64,000 nt of DNA from Amoebidium appalachense (Eukaryota > Protista > Ichthyosporea): assembly GCA_963693365.1 (NCBI GenBank), contig CAVNZM010000015.1, positions 1,860,001-1,924,000 of the forward strand, written 5' to 3'. Position 1 is the stretch's first letter. The number at the start of each line of letters is the position of its first letter. Made by a program: the position numbers and the translations under genes. Below the pieces are notes generated by a model. The model searched no databases. It was given only the letters and a program-made list of their open reading frames with translations, and was not told the DNA's origin. Below, piece by piece: positions 1 to 18,994 of the stretch.

Positions 1-248
1 AAGAAATAGTTTAGCAAACAAAAATTTTCACTTCATTTTTTTTCAATAACCTCCCTCTTCCCCCCCCCCCCCCCCCCCCCCCCCCTCCCCCCCCTCCCCC
101 CTCCCCCTCCCCCCCCCCCCCAAAAAAAAAAAATAAATAAATAAAAAAAAAAAATGTGTCCCCTCCTCCCCGGAACGAAAATACTTCCTTAACCCATCGC
201 CCAAGAAGTAAACGGAGCACCAAATCTCAATGGTCCTTGGTCACTTAC

Positions 249-361
249 CGGATCATGCTTTGATTTCAACCAATAGCAGACGGGCAGAAAGGTGCGGGCT
301 ATGTCGATAACTGCACGGGTAGGATGTGGATAAGAAACCTAGCAGGATGTCCTTCTCTGTC

Positions 362-392
<31 letters not shown>

Positions 393-552
393 CCCTCCCT
401 CTCCCCCTCCCCTCTCTCTCCTCTCTCTCTGTCCCCCTCTTTCTGTCCCTTCCTCCCTCCCTCCAACCCCTCCCCCCCCTCCATTCAGAGGCTCTCCCTC
501 TCCCTCTCTCTCTCCCCCTCCCTCCCTCTCCCCCCCCTCTTCTATCTATCTA

Positions 553-636
<84 letters not shown>

Positions 637-1002
637 GGCGTTTGTGTGTTTGTCCGCACTCTCCGGGATTTCGGAGGGAGGGGGGAGGGGAGGGGAGGAG
701 GGGAGGGTCACCCAACATCTCTCTCATTCCACCCACCCTCCCCAGCCCCCCACCCCAACCCCCTCCCTGCCATCCCCTTACCCATCTGCACTCATTCAAA
801 CCACACCTGCACAATCGGCCTGCTGCCCCTCAACGTCCATCTGTGTGCTCTCACATCCCAACCCGAAGTGCATAAATCCCACACACTTCTCTAATGCGTG
901 TAGTCTCTCTATTTGTGGTGTGTTGTTCCAAGCAGCAACGATGGGTTCAGCGAAACCAGGAACAGAGGCAGAATCCTGGATAAGACTGTGAAGGGTCATC
1001 AT
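249..1002 (-). CDS. 5' part of an uncharacterised spliced gene continuing beyond the left window edge; exons 807-1002 and 249-310
   Basis: ATG at 1002 opens MMTLHSLIQDSASVPGFAEPIVAAW...QQADCA. A phase-1 GT donor (805-806) joins the CAG acceptor (311-313) in frame to VIDIARTFLPVCYWLKSKHDP, followed by a GTAAGT donor at 247-248. No family recognised; start codon uncertain. Confidence 0.5.
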
Positions 1003-2226
1003 TCTTTCGGGTTGCTTGAAGCGCAACAAAAAAAGAAATCCTTCCACAGTGACGTGAATTTAGCTGAGTGCAGCTGTGTGCGCCGACTCTCCGGTCTTTG
1101 ACGAAGCCTGGGACCGGTAAGTGGTTGGTTCTTGCGCAGACAGGTTAACCGGAGCACACTGAGGGAAAACACGAGTGTTTGGTCATGGACCCTTACCGAC
1201 TTTCAACGACCCTCGAGCTCAGGTGAAACGGTTGACTTTACTATGCCAAAATGTTTCTTTTGGGAACACCCGAGGTTTCCGTATATTAGCCTTTTATAGT
1301 AGCACATCGATGATTGGTTGAACGCAGTACTAGAGCGGGGTATTCTACTCAGGGGGGTAGCATGTACGTGTCGTGCTATACGGTAACGGCTGCACGTCGT
1401 GCCCAAGCAAGTACCCTACCTCCTACAATACGCATACATTCAAGATAGCCCGTGCTGAGGTTCTGCCGGGGCAGCCTGCCAGCCAGGCCACGCGGCCTCC
1501 GGATATTCGCGGATCCGGCGCTGGCCATGCGTAGTGCTTGCATTCCTGAGAGCCAATCAAGAATGGCACAAAGTGGAACATGTGCTCGCGTGTGACTGAA
1601 TAACACCGTTTTTCTTCTTGGTAAACGTAGCAGGCAAACGTTTCATCGCCAGGAACATAAATCCTCCCATGCCCCCACGGAGCTTCAAGAGTGACAAGCA
1701 ATAAAAAGCCGGACATCATGCTGAGCATATGACCAATTCCAGTTATGCTTTATTTATTGATATCTATCTGGTGCGCAAATCCTTGGTGTTACATCTGGTA
1801 TTCTACCTCACACATCGAGAGTCGCAAAATAGCCGCGATAGACGGCTAGATTAGATTGAAACCACCACCTACCCCTATGCAAAATAACTCGACTTTATAG
1901 CGCCAAAAATCGTCAAAACATTTATACATTCGAGCATTGCCAGACCGAGCGAAGAAATCAATCGAGTACCCAAAAAAGAAAGGATTTATACCCTTATCAC
2001 CGAGACTACAGCACATGTAATAAACTTTATCGCCGCACGTTGCGTGAACTCGAACATGCACGAACACACAAGGAACAAACAGAGAACAACGAGAGTAGGG
2101 TGCCCCCCCCCCCCCAAAAAAAAATAAAAAAAAATAAAGAAAGAATAGAAAAAGGAAAGAAAACGAAATATTAAGGCTGCTGTTTCACATCTGCACATGG
2201 TGACGCGATTCATAACCCAGCTCCTG

Positions 2227-2572
2227 TTATGTGGGGAAAGCAGTGGTGTATCTCTTTGCCACCACCTGGTCTCCGTGGCTGGTGTATCCCGTCCCTGTAG
2301 ACGTTGTGGACACATAAATGTTAGCCTTTGTAACCCCCCCCCCCCCCCCCCCCCCCCCCCGCACACACACACCTCCCCCCTCTCCCTCTCCCACACCCAC
2401 CCATCCTTAGAAACACAAAACACATACAAGCACACGCCGCGGCCGCCACCGCCCCCCCCCACACACACACACACCCTTCACCCTTCAAAATACACGAGGA
2501 CAAGGAGGTACACTGACAGCTTTACACAACCCACGCATACATGCATACCCCCCCCCCCCCCCCCCCACCCCG

Positions 2573-2612
<40 letters not shown>

Positions 2613-3952
2613 CACACACAGCACCCACACCCACTACTCATAGATAGCACCCTAACTAGTGTACTGTCGGTGCTGTGTGGTAGACGGTAGTTTCCCTAAA
2701 GGGCCTGAAAAGGCTCTCCGGGATCAAAACGTGATAAAATAAATAAAAAAAACCAACACCCACACCCACGCGCACCACACACACACACACACGCAGGCAC
2801 GTACGCACGCACACACCCACACACACACACCCACCCACCCACCCACACACACACGTACACACACGCACACGCACACACACCTTCATGCTGCAGATCGACC
2901 ATTTCATTTGGTGGGCAGACAGCACTGCACGAGGGGCACTGCCTGGCCGGCTCCACGAGGTCTGTGCAGCACTTCTTGCAGAACACGTGCCCACAACTCC
3001 TCAACACTGTGCGTGCATACGTGCGTGCGTACGTGTGTGTACGTGTGTGTGAGGGAGTGAGTGTGTGTGTGTGCGCGCGCGAATGTGTGTGAGTACATAT
3101 CATTGATACGTGTGTTCGTTGTGTGTAAGTGTGGGTGGGCTCCGCACGGGAGGTGAAGGGAGGGGGAGGGAGGGAGGGGAGGGGGGTAGAATGCTTTTGA
3201 GCTCGAGGCACACATTCAGGGGGGGAGTTGGGGGGGGGGGCGTGGTGTATGTGGTGCGAGTATATATTGGTGCCGCAGTCACAGAAACACATTCTTGCAG
3301 GTGCATGCAAACAACGTCACACCAACCAACTCGTCCGAGTTTTGTGGATGTGCATGCCCAAGCATACACATACAAAACATTAGACACCCCAATTACATAG
3401 CACGAAGGATGGGATAATGTGACAGAGAAAAGGGGATTCTGAGATGAGCATGGGGGAGCGATGATAAGGGTGGGAGGAGGATAGACGGAGTGGAGGGGAC
3501 CTGGGGGGGAGGGGGGAGGAGGAGGAGGAGGAGGAGGAAATGAGGATAAGGGGGCGGTGGGGAGTTGAGGAATGGAAAAGAGGGTTGGGAAAAGGGTGGG
3601 GGGGGGGGGGGGGGGGGGGGGGTAAGGGGAAAGGGAGGAGGGGGGGGGGAGGGTAAGAGGCGAGGGGGGAAGGGAGAGAGAGAGGGGGGGGGGGGGGGGG
3701 GGGTGGGGGGGGGTGGGGGGTGGGGGGTTGTTATTATCTCAGTACATACCCACGACCTTGTTGTTGTTAGTGAGTGTTTTGATGCATCCAGGACACATCC
3801 ACCTATCATTACGGTCTCTGTACTTTGCCTCGGCCAATGAAACCTTGCCTACGGGCGTAAACTTGACAGATGACAGCTGCTTCATCCTGTGCCCAGATGA
3901 CAGGAGATTGAGTGATTTGCGGCCAATCAGGGGTCAGGGATAACACGATTTT

Positions 3953-4010
<58 letters not shown>

Positions 4011-4452
4011 GTATAAAAATATAAAAAAAGACTGCAAGCAAGCAAGAGAGAACACACGGCTCCAAAGTCAAGAGAAAATGCAAAGGAATTTTACAATCGG
4101 AAAATAAGTATCATGCCCACCCCGTGTTCTCCACTCCGCACCCCACCACCATTCATTATTCTTCCCCCCTGCTCCGGTTGATGGCAGCCAAATTCTATAC
4201 CAAAGGTTCAGGAAATATTAAATGGCTTTAACATACGTATGTGTGTGAGAGAGTAAAACTATGAAAACGGTGACCACGACGGGAGGAACGGAGTAAGAAT
4301 AGAAGCGCGAAATGCAGGGGGGGAGGGGGGGAAGGGGGGGGGGGGGGGGAGGAGACAAACTTTAGCGAATGGGGTGGATCGGAGGCAAGGCATGATGTCT
4401 TGTCTGCACCAGGCTTGAGTTTGGTGGCCTCAGCAGCTGGGGTGAGACCAGG

Positions 4453-4489
<37 letters not shown>

Positions 4490-5312
4490 CGCGCGCGCGC
4501 GCGTGTGTGTGTGTGTGCGTGCTTGAGTGAATGAGTAACGTGGGTACGTGTGCGTGCGTGTGTGTGTTACGTGTTGCGGGACGGGAGTGGTAGGTGGTGG
4601 GGATGGGGGGGATGCATGAGAAGACCATGATGTTTGTACACAAACGACAAAGAGAAATACAAGAATAACGCAAAGAGGGATTTCACGAGGGACCCAAGCA
4701 GAACTGTTTACAGATAACGTTAAATTCTCAAAAACTTGTGTTCCTCTCTCTCTCTCTCTCTCTTCTCCTCCCCCCCCCCCCCCCCCCCCCCCCCCCGCGC
4801 AAGCACCCCCCACCCTCCAGCTCCTCCTTTCCCTCTTCTCTCTCATAGTCTCTCTCCTTCTCCTGCCTCTCTTTTCTTTCCTTCTTTTCTTTTCTTTACT
4901 TATTTTTTTCTCCCCCCCTTCCCCCCCCCTCCCCCCCCCCCCCCCCTTTTTTTTTCCTTTTTTTTTTGGGGGGGGGGGAGGGGGAGGGGGGGATGGGGGG
5001 GGGGGGGGGGGGGAGGTCATACAATCCAGAAGGCCACGAGGGATTTTTCGTCTGCTTTGATGCTCCCCGTCTCTTTCTGCACATACCATATTTGGTAAGT
5101 GGCAAAAAACACCTCAAAAAATACTTCTCTCACAGGCATTTCTAGAGGCCCTCCCCCACCCCCCACCCCAACCAAAAGGAGGACATTGTGAAAAAGGTAA
5201 GAGAACAAAGGGGATGTGCCTTTTTTTTTCCCCCTTTGTTAAATGTGCCTAGTAGGTGTGTTTGGGTGTGTTTGAGTGTTCGTGTGTTCCTGTTCCCGTG
5301 TGTGTTTGTGTT

Positions 5313-5376
<64 letters not shown>

Positions 5377-5814
5377 CGCGCGCGCGCGCACGCGCATAGC
5401 ACAAAGGGGGCCCCTAATAAGCAGCCATTAAAATAGAAGGATTCAGCAGCCAAACTAAAAAAAGGGACTCTTTATAGCAGCCAACTTAAAAGGGAGGATT
5501 CTTTAGAGCAGCCAGCTTAAAAAAAAACCGAGATTCTTTCAAGTAGCCAACGTAACAAAGGGATTCCTTTAAGGAGCCAACTTCAAAAATTAAAAAAAAG
5601 GCAAGAGGTACGGCCAAACGCGTGCCAGTGTTGGCGCCGCTCGACGCACAGATATGGGGGTGTGGGTGGGTGGGTGTGGTGGTGGCGGTAATGAGGGAGG
5701 GAAGAAATGATACCAAAATCACTCTAGGAATAGTCAAATGCAAGGACATAGGCCATGAAAAACATCTTTATGTCGATCTAAACATGTATGTTTTTGCAGT
5801 GTAACCCAAATTGT

Positions 5815-5878
<64 letters not shown>

Positions 5879-6471
5879 CTACCTTTGCTGGCTGAACATC
5901 AGTGCTCGCGCCCTCGGTCTTTGGGTACAGTCCTGTGAGGTGTGAGGGGACAGTAAGGAATAAAATCACTAAACGCGGAACCAGGGGGGCGGGGGGGGGG
6001 GGGGGGGGGGGGGGGATGTGGGGGGAGGAGAGAGGGAGATGTTCTCATGTGGGAAAAGAGCCTGAAGAAATTTGAGGGGGGTGGGGGGAGGGTTGGGGGT
6101 GGGGGGGGTGGGGTTAATGTATGCATATTAGAGGGTTGGAAATATGGTGGAGGCAGCAAAGGACATCATATACTAGTCACAAAAATAAAAAACCCAAAAT
6201 TGAACCACAAAATCAGACAATAAAAAACGTGCAGGCAGAAGACACTCGAGGGGGAGGGAGAAAGGGGGTTGCGAGGTGGTACATGCAAGAAGTTACAAAC
6301 AAACACACCCATTGTTATTAGTATGTGCAAACAGCAATGCCGTTATTCAAACATGAACACGTGCAACATGTTACGGAGGTAGAGCCCATCCTCTCATTTT
6401 CATTTTCAATTTTTTCATTTGTTTTTGTTTGTGTGTACGCGCGTGTGAGTGTGTGTGTGTGTGTGCATATG

Positions 6472-6514
<43 letters not shown>

Positions 6515-6664
6515 TGTGCATGCGTGTCTGTGTTGTGTGTGCGTGTGCATGTGTGTGTGCGTGCGCGCGCACACATGTGTGTATATCCCTGTGTGCGAGT
6601 GTGTGTGTATTCTAGTTTGCATCTGAGTGGTTGCGTTTTTTTTTTGTTTTGTTTTTTTTTTTTG

Positions 6665-6701
<37 letters not shown>

Positions 6702-7578
6702 GGAGAGAGAGCAGAGAAGGGGGGGGGGGGGGGGAGGGGGGGGGGGTTTTGAATGCGGAACACGGTACAAAGTACGCATACACGACGAGAAGCATGGTGC
6801 AGGACACATGCAAAGGCAAACATTCAAGTATGCAACATCAGCCATGTGCACAGTATGCGTCATAAGCAGAGCCCATCCTCAGGGAGGACCCAAGTCATCA
6901 ATTGCGTCTGAGTTTCGACCCCTTAGCCCGCGTATATACGACACTCCAACTCAGACAGCAGCATCAACTGAGCTTGGGCGGGTCAACCCGTCTTGATCAA
7001 AGACGAGCAGGGTTGCTTATGCAAGCAAGGTGAGCAAAACGGTGAAGATGTGTGTGCAAACTAATGCAGTGCAGCGAAAAATGTGTATGTGCTTACAGAT
7101 GCACGACACAGAGCAACCATGCCCGGTTGCATGGAAGTAAAGCGGTCTCCACACAGTGGTCTGTCCTGAAAGGACACCTCTGAAAGAAGACTGGGGGGGT
7201 TTTGAATGCGGAACACGGTACAAAGTACGCATACACGACGAGAAGCATGGTGCAGGACACATGCAAAGGCAAACATTCAAGTATGCAACATCAGCCATGT
7301 GCACAGTATGCGTCATAAGCAGAGCCCATCCTCAGGGAGGACCCAAGTCATCAATTGCGTCTGAGTTTCGACCCCTTAGCCCGCGTATATACGACACTCC
7401 AACTCAGACAGCAGCATCAACTGAGCTTGGGCGGGTCAACCCGTCTTGATCAAAGACGAGGAGGGGGGGGGGGGGGGGGGGGGGAATGTATCCACTAAGA
7501 ACTAAGAAAGGCACAAAACAAAAAAACCCAAAAACAAAAACCCGCCCAACAAAAGGGGGGAGGGGGAAAGGGGGGGTG

Positions 7579-7610
<32 letters not shown>

Positions 7611-8152
7611 AATATATTTCACACACTCTGGTTGCTTGCATCGCGCACGCTCAGGCCATCGTCCCTGATGGCCTTTGCATCCTTTTGCGAACTATGTTCT
7701 TGTCCATCACAAGGGAGTTCTGGTCCGCATCAAACTGCTTCACTGCCTCCGAGAGAGCCTTCTGTCTCTCTGCTTCGTCCTTGGCCTGAGAGCACAAATA
7801 CACAGGCAGGCAGGCACACACACATGAAGGCACAGAGATACATGAAAGGCGCACATACACATGAATGGCAGGCGGACACACACACATGAAGGCACACAAA
7901 TACATTAAGGCGCACATGCACACACACACATGAAAAGGACACACGCACACATACCACAGCTAGGCACACAAAAACATGAAGGTACACACACATGAAGGCA
8001 CACACAAACACGAGGGAACACACACACACATTCACATGAAAGGCAAGCTCACATACACACAGGCAGGCCGCACATACACATGCAGGTACACACACACATG
8101 AAAGGCAGACACACACACACATGAAAGACACACACACGCGCGCGCACGCACA

Positions 8153-8188
<36 letters not shown>

Positions 8189-9855
8189 CACACATACAGG
8201 CAAATGCACACACACACACACACACGAAAAGAAAAAGAAAAAAGAAGATGATGAAGAAGATGAAGAAGAAGAGGAAGAAAGGGAAAGAAAAAAAAAGAAG
8301 ATAGGGGGGGGGGGGGGGGGGGGGGGGGGGATCATGGGGTATATGGTTAATCAACCAGGTGTTCTATACACCGGGTGCATGCATCCATGCCGTGGTTCTT
8401 CCCCCCCCCCTCCCGCGCTCCCCTCTTCCTCTCCAAATCACCACAAATCTCGACAACACACTTCATGCATCTACCCACTCATACTCAAGATGATACAAAC
8501 AACCCCCCCCCCCCCCTCCCCCTCACCACTACCACATCCCCTCCCTCCCCCCCCCCCTCCCCCCTCTCCCTCTGAACCACACCATGCAACACCCCCCCCC
8601 CTTCCCTCCCCCTCCCCTCGAACTACATACCACCATTCTCGATGCCCCCCCCTCCCCCCCCGCCCGCCCCCTTTACAGACATACACACGCCAAACCCGAA
8701 CGCCCATCATTCAGCTGCTCTGTCCACCCCACCAGCCACCTTCCCCCCCCTCCCGCCGCGCCCCCAAAAACACACCACACACGCACACGTCCACACACAT
8801 GCACAAGCAGCCCTCCCCCCCCCCCCTCCCCCCCCCCCCCCCACCCATCCACCCACCCACCCACCCACACAGCCACACCCACACACACCCACACACACAC
8901 CTCCAGCTCTCTCATCTGGTGCTCATATGCCTCCTGCTGTCTCTTTGCCTCTTTCTTTTGCTGCAGAAGACTCTCATAGATGCACTGCCGGCAAGACAGG
9001 TGGCCCTTGGGGCTGGGGTGGGAGGGGGGGGGTGGGAGGGGGGGGGGGGATGGGGAACAAGGGGGGGGGAGGAGAGGGGGAGGGGAGGAGGTTAGATTGT
9101 GCTTTAAGAGTATGAAGTACACATTCATAACGGACAAAACAACGCAGAGTGCAAACCACACACAAAGAGTATATATAGTAAGCAGAGCCCATGCTCAAAA
9201 GGGACCCAAGTCTACCACAGTACCCGAGTTTTAACCCATTCACCTCATCAACGAAACCCCACTCAGACATTACTTCACTTGAACATGGGTGGGTCGCCAG
9301 TCTGGGTTGACAGACGAGCAGGGTTACTCAGGAAGGAGGAAGGGGGGGAAAAAAAGGGAGGGAGGGGGGAAGGGGGGAGAACGAGAAAGGCGTACTCCCC
9401 TTCCCGGGAACCTCTCAGTAACATTACGTCACTACCCTAGGAAAATAAAAACTGGGACACCCATTTCTACAATATGGACACACGCTTACCAAATGACTGG
9501 GTCGTTTGCCATCTGTAGGCACAAATAACAGGCGTCGAAATCCCGCTTAGAGTGCCGCCCAAGACGCTCCTGAAGGGATAAAAACATGAGAAGGAATCTG
9601 GGGGTGATGAGTACATGTACCCTTAGATGGGAAGCGTGGAAATGACCTTGCTTGGGTAAGAACACCAAAGTTCCTCCTTGAGAATAAAAAGGATTGCCGG
9701 GGGTGGACACAAAAAAGCAGCTCACAACACCTGTATACCTGTACATCTGCTGGTGCTGTATCGAGATGATAGGAAGTCGCATGAGACAAGCATACAGGCC
9801 GACACACACACACGCACAACACACGCACACATGCGCGCGCGCACACATGCGCGCG

Positions 9856-9906
<51 letters not shown>

Positions 9907-10348
9907 AGTATACAGACAATCATGCACCCACGAACACAATGGCTGGTGTAAGGCTCCATCACAAAGGGAATAAACCCATGTGTAAACACAACCATACGGT
10001 CACATCCGTGCATACAAGTACACAAGCCCATGCAGAAAAGGACATGCACACACACACACAAAAGAACTTGTGGCGCATACACACACACACAAAGGCATTC
10101 AACTACAAATACGCACAGGAACACACAAGCCCACACCCACCCACACACACACACTCTCTCTCTTTCTCGTGTGCTCACACACACACACACACACACTCTC
10201 TCTCTCCCCCACCCTCCCTCCCCCCCCACTCCCCTGTCTCTACGCACACACACACACACACAAGCACACAAGCAAACGCGCGACACACACACACTCGACC
10301 ACAGGCATGTGCGCACACACGGAGACCCATACAGAAACACTACAAACA

Positions 10349-10379
<31 letters not shown>

Positions 10380-10619
10380 GCGCATGCACGCACGCACACG
10401 CACGCACACGACACACACGCACACACGCACACACGCGCACGTACGCACGCACACACACACACGCATACACATGCACACACACACAAACACATGCACACAC
10501 AAACACACACACAGCACATCTGCACACACACGCACCTCCTTTGTGCCATACTTCAGCTTGTTCCTCTCATCGTAAGTTAGAAAGGGCAGCGTCGTATTGT
10601 TTTTGGAATGACGTGGCAT
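2227..10619 (-). CDS. NOSIP: NOSIP-family (nitric oxide synthase-interacting protein) RING/U-box spliceosome-associated protein, ~320 aa; exons 10536-10619, 9490-9569, 8901-9012, 7627-7785, 5883-5932, 5023-5076, 4361-4452, 3750-3886, 2881-3006, 2227-2294
   Basis: Hallmark N-terminus [16 protein letters not shown]...[42 protein letters not shown], middle AFWIPGLTP, and C-terminal MCPGCIKTL...[13 protein letters not shown]...CPSC...LQHEGTGY. All introns are GT-AG and phase-compatible except exon 4, which needs a frame correction (see findings). Confidence 0.93.
5415..5585. repeat. Degenerate ~30-bp minisatellite (AAAAGGGATTCTTTAAGCAGCCAACT-like)
   Basis: About 6 recurrences of GATTC...AGCCA. 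Confidence 0.7.
6747..7019 (-). repeat. Intronic sense-strand element, copy A (structured head 6863-7019 plus type-1 tail)
   Basis: Aligns by eye to 9095-9329 and 23955-24228; contains nested stems TAAGCA/TGCTTA, GTCT/AGAC and GTCTGAGT/ACTCAGAC. Confidence 0.75.
7200..7460 (-). repeat. 261-bp direct duplicate of 6747-7007 (copy A')
   Basis: Appears identical to 6747-7007 and lacks the outermost 12 nt of the head, which are replaced by a G run. Confidence 0.9.
9095..9329 (-). repeat. Intronic sense-strand element, copy B (head 9179-9329 plus type-1 tail)
   Basis: Shares ACCCTGCTCGTCT, TGTCTGAGT, GACTTGGGTCC and ATGGGCTCTGCTTA with copy A; its tail aligns to 24141-24228. Confidence 0.75.
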
Positions 10620-11214
10620 TTTTGTTGTGCTAAGCGGAGAAAAGAGGAAGAATTGATTGTGAGACGATGCTAACCTTACAATTGATGTGTGGTTAACTTT
10701 TTACTGGAAACCTGTTTGAAAGGCTTGTTCTTGTTTGCAATAAATTGTGCCTTTCTTTTTAAGTACCAGCTGTTTTATTTGAATATGGTAAGCAGGGTTG
10801 AAGATAAACTAAAGAAAGTAAACGAAAAAAGCAGTTCTTGTACAAAGTACTGTGGACTTCAAAACAAAAACTGTGGCGTTTTGCTTTGGGGAGACCCTGG
10901 TAAGTGCAGTGGCAGCCTATTTTTGTGAACATCATAACAGATTTCAATCGCAAAGAGGCCAAAGGTTGTCCAAGAATTGATCGATTGCTCAAAATTTGAT
11001 GAATTAAAACTGTAATCTAGCGATTGAAACTACATTATTTTACACGCTCACTTAACTGTCTCTCACCACATACATGTGCGACTCTTCACGAGTACTCAGT
11101 TTTCGTGTTCCTTACTTAATGTTTACGTATTTTCGCTTTGGTTACCTGGCTTGTGTTGTGCTCGAGCTTTTACCCTCACCTTGTTTCTGTTTATTTTCAG
11201 GAAACGACCACTCC

Positions 11215-17087
<5,873 letters not shown>

Positions 17088-17599
17088 ACAACCTTGTAAA
17101 GGGAAAATTTGGGTGATTTAGTCTTTACGGAATATTTGGATTGTTTTTTCCGAGACTGCATAATTATGGCCACATCGGCATGTATGATGCATTCCTCTGA
17201 GCTACTGTAAACGATGAAATATGCACGAATGAGTTTTGGAAGAATGCAATCGAGCTCAATTTTCGATGTATATTTTTGTAAGTTGAACATTGATTTTGCG
17301 AAAAAAGATCATGGTTTTCGTTTCACTTCTCTAGTGTACATCGAGAATTGATTTCGTAATTGTGACTCTGATGAATGGAATCTGATACAGGGGTGTGAGT
17401 AAAGAATTCAAATTGATTGGGCAGGGGTTGAATTTTTTCATACGATAGTCTGTCGCTACTCACCTAATGAAGGCGGTAAATGAACTAATATTTTCAGAAG
17501 TTATCAACGTTTATTTGTAAACGTAAAGAATGGAGCTTGAGCCCATGCTCTTTCATTGGTCAATAAACTGTAATTTCACATATGCAGCTTTTAGCAGTC

Positions 17600-17735
17600 T
17601 TAAGGTAAATTTTCGTTTTTGAGTATATCTTGTTGGAACTCCGGTGGAGCTATCTCATAGACTCTCTCATTGTGTCTATGGCAACTGTACTAAATTGAAA
17701 TTCCATTCTTAGCCCTGCCTGATGCCCTAATCCAA
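17600..17735. mobile_element. Dispersed repeat fragment, probable DNA-transposon end; inverted homologue at 34565-34665, shorter relatives at ~18510-18575 and ~26615-26665
   Basis: Its reverse complement shares AGGGCATCAGGCAGGG, GCCATAGACAC.ATGAGA.AGTC, TAGCT.CACCGG and AAC.AGATAT with 34565-34665. Confidence 0.55.
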
Positions 17736-18409
17736 AAAAAAAAGAAAACATGTATAATTTCACATTTTCTCTCGAACGACCGTCAAAAGCTGCATCAAGT
17801 ACCTGAACATGCAACAGTGAGGCATGCATATGCATGTGCACGAAGGTAGGCCGGTATGGATGGGGATAAATGTACCAGAGAATTCTATGTCAGTTAGCTC
17901 CCGCATGTGGACGTCGCTAGGCCTCTTAAGGCCCTGATATATGGTTGAGAAACAACTTGCGTCAAATACAAATGTGGTGGTGGATGATGGATCATATGCA
18001 TTAGTGGTCCCCACCCCCCTCCGCCCTCCCCCAGGGCCTTCCCCCCCCCTTCCCCCCCCCTCCCCCCCCCCCCCTCCCCCAAGCCCAACCCCCCCCCCCC
18101 CCCCCCCCTCCTCCCCCCCCGGGATTTTGAAAGCATGATATATCTCCCGGATTCCTCCCAACAGGCAGGGAAGCTTCGTGTGGCACAACTTTGCACTGGC
18201 CAGTGTTGAAATTTCAGATTAATCATAGGTGAATATCTATATGATTTTCACACGTACAGTGTTCGGATAACTTCAATACGGTATGCACTTGCGATTGGAT
18301 AACCCGTGAAGTTATTTTTCCCTCTATGTATTGCATGCCAATCCCTATTATCGGTTGAAAAAATCCAGGGGGCCACAAAAAAAAAAAAAAAAAAAAGTTG
18401 AGAGAGAGA

Positions 18410-18501
<92 letters not shown>

Positions 18502-18631
18502 AATGCTCCGATGGAATTTTCGTATTTTCGTTCGTTGATATATCTCGTTTGATATTCGGAGCACCTAGCTATCCCCCTTCTGTTTTCCAGCTCTCCTCGG
18601 AGTCCCGTGGGACACTAACAGCTGGTGCCAC

Positions 18632-18666
<35 letters not shown>

Positions 18667-18769
18667 CGCGCGCGTGCGGTGTATTTGCGAGTGTACGTGT
18701 ACGTGTGTGCGTGTGTGTGTGTGTGTGTGTGTGCGTGCGTGCGCATGCGTGCCTGCGTGCGTGCGTACG

Positions 18770-18804
<35 letters not shown>

Positions 18805-18909
18805 CGCGGTGGGTTGCACGGCAGTGTGGGCTCAAGCTGGAGCATACGTGCAGGCTACACTGGCTGGACCAGGTAAGGAACTAAAGGACCGTCGAGCCGA
18901 TGAGGTGAG

Positions 18910-18919
18910 AAAAAAAAAA
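18910..18919 (-). terminator. RNA polymerase III oligo(dT) terminator of tRNA-Met
   Basis: T10 run on the minus strand 2 nt after the tRNA 3' end. Confidence 0.85.
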
Positions 18920-18921
18920 TA

Positions 18922-18994
18922 TGCCCTGGGTGAGGATCGAACTCACGACCTTAGGATTATGAGACCTACGCGCTACCTACTACGCTACCAGGAC
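18922..18994 (-). tRNA. tRNA-Met(CAT), eukaryotic elongator type, 73 nt, intronless
   Basis: Reverse complement GTCCTGGTAGCGTAGTAGGTAGCGCGTAGGTCTCATAATCCTAAGGTCGTGAGTTCGATCCTCACCCAGGGCA folds as a cloverleaf with anticodon loop CTCATAA, T-loop TTCGATC and the U31-U39 opposition typical of elongator tRNA-Met. Confidence 0.97.

Noticed and set aside
7651-7653. Alternative genetic code or TGA read-through
   Set aside because: No other in-frame stop in about 70 modelled exons, and TGA, TAA serve as normal terminators here.
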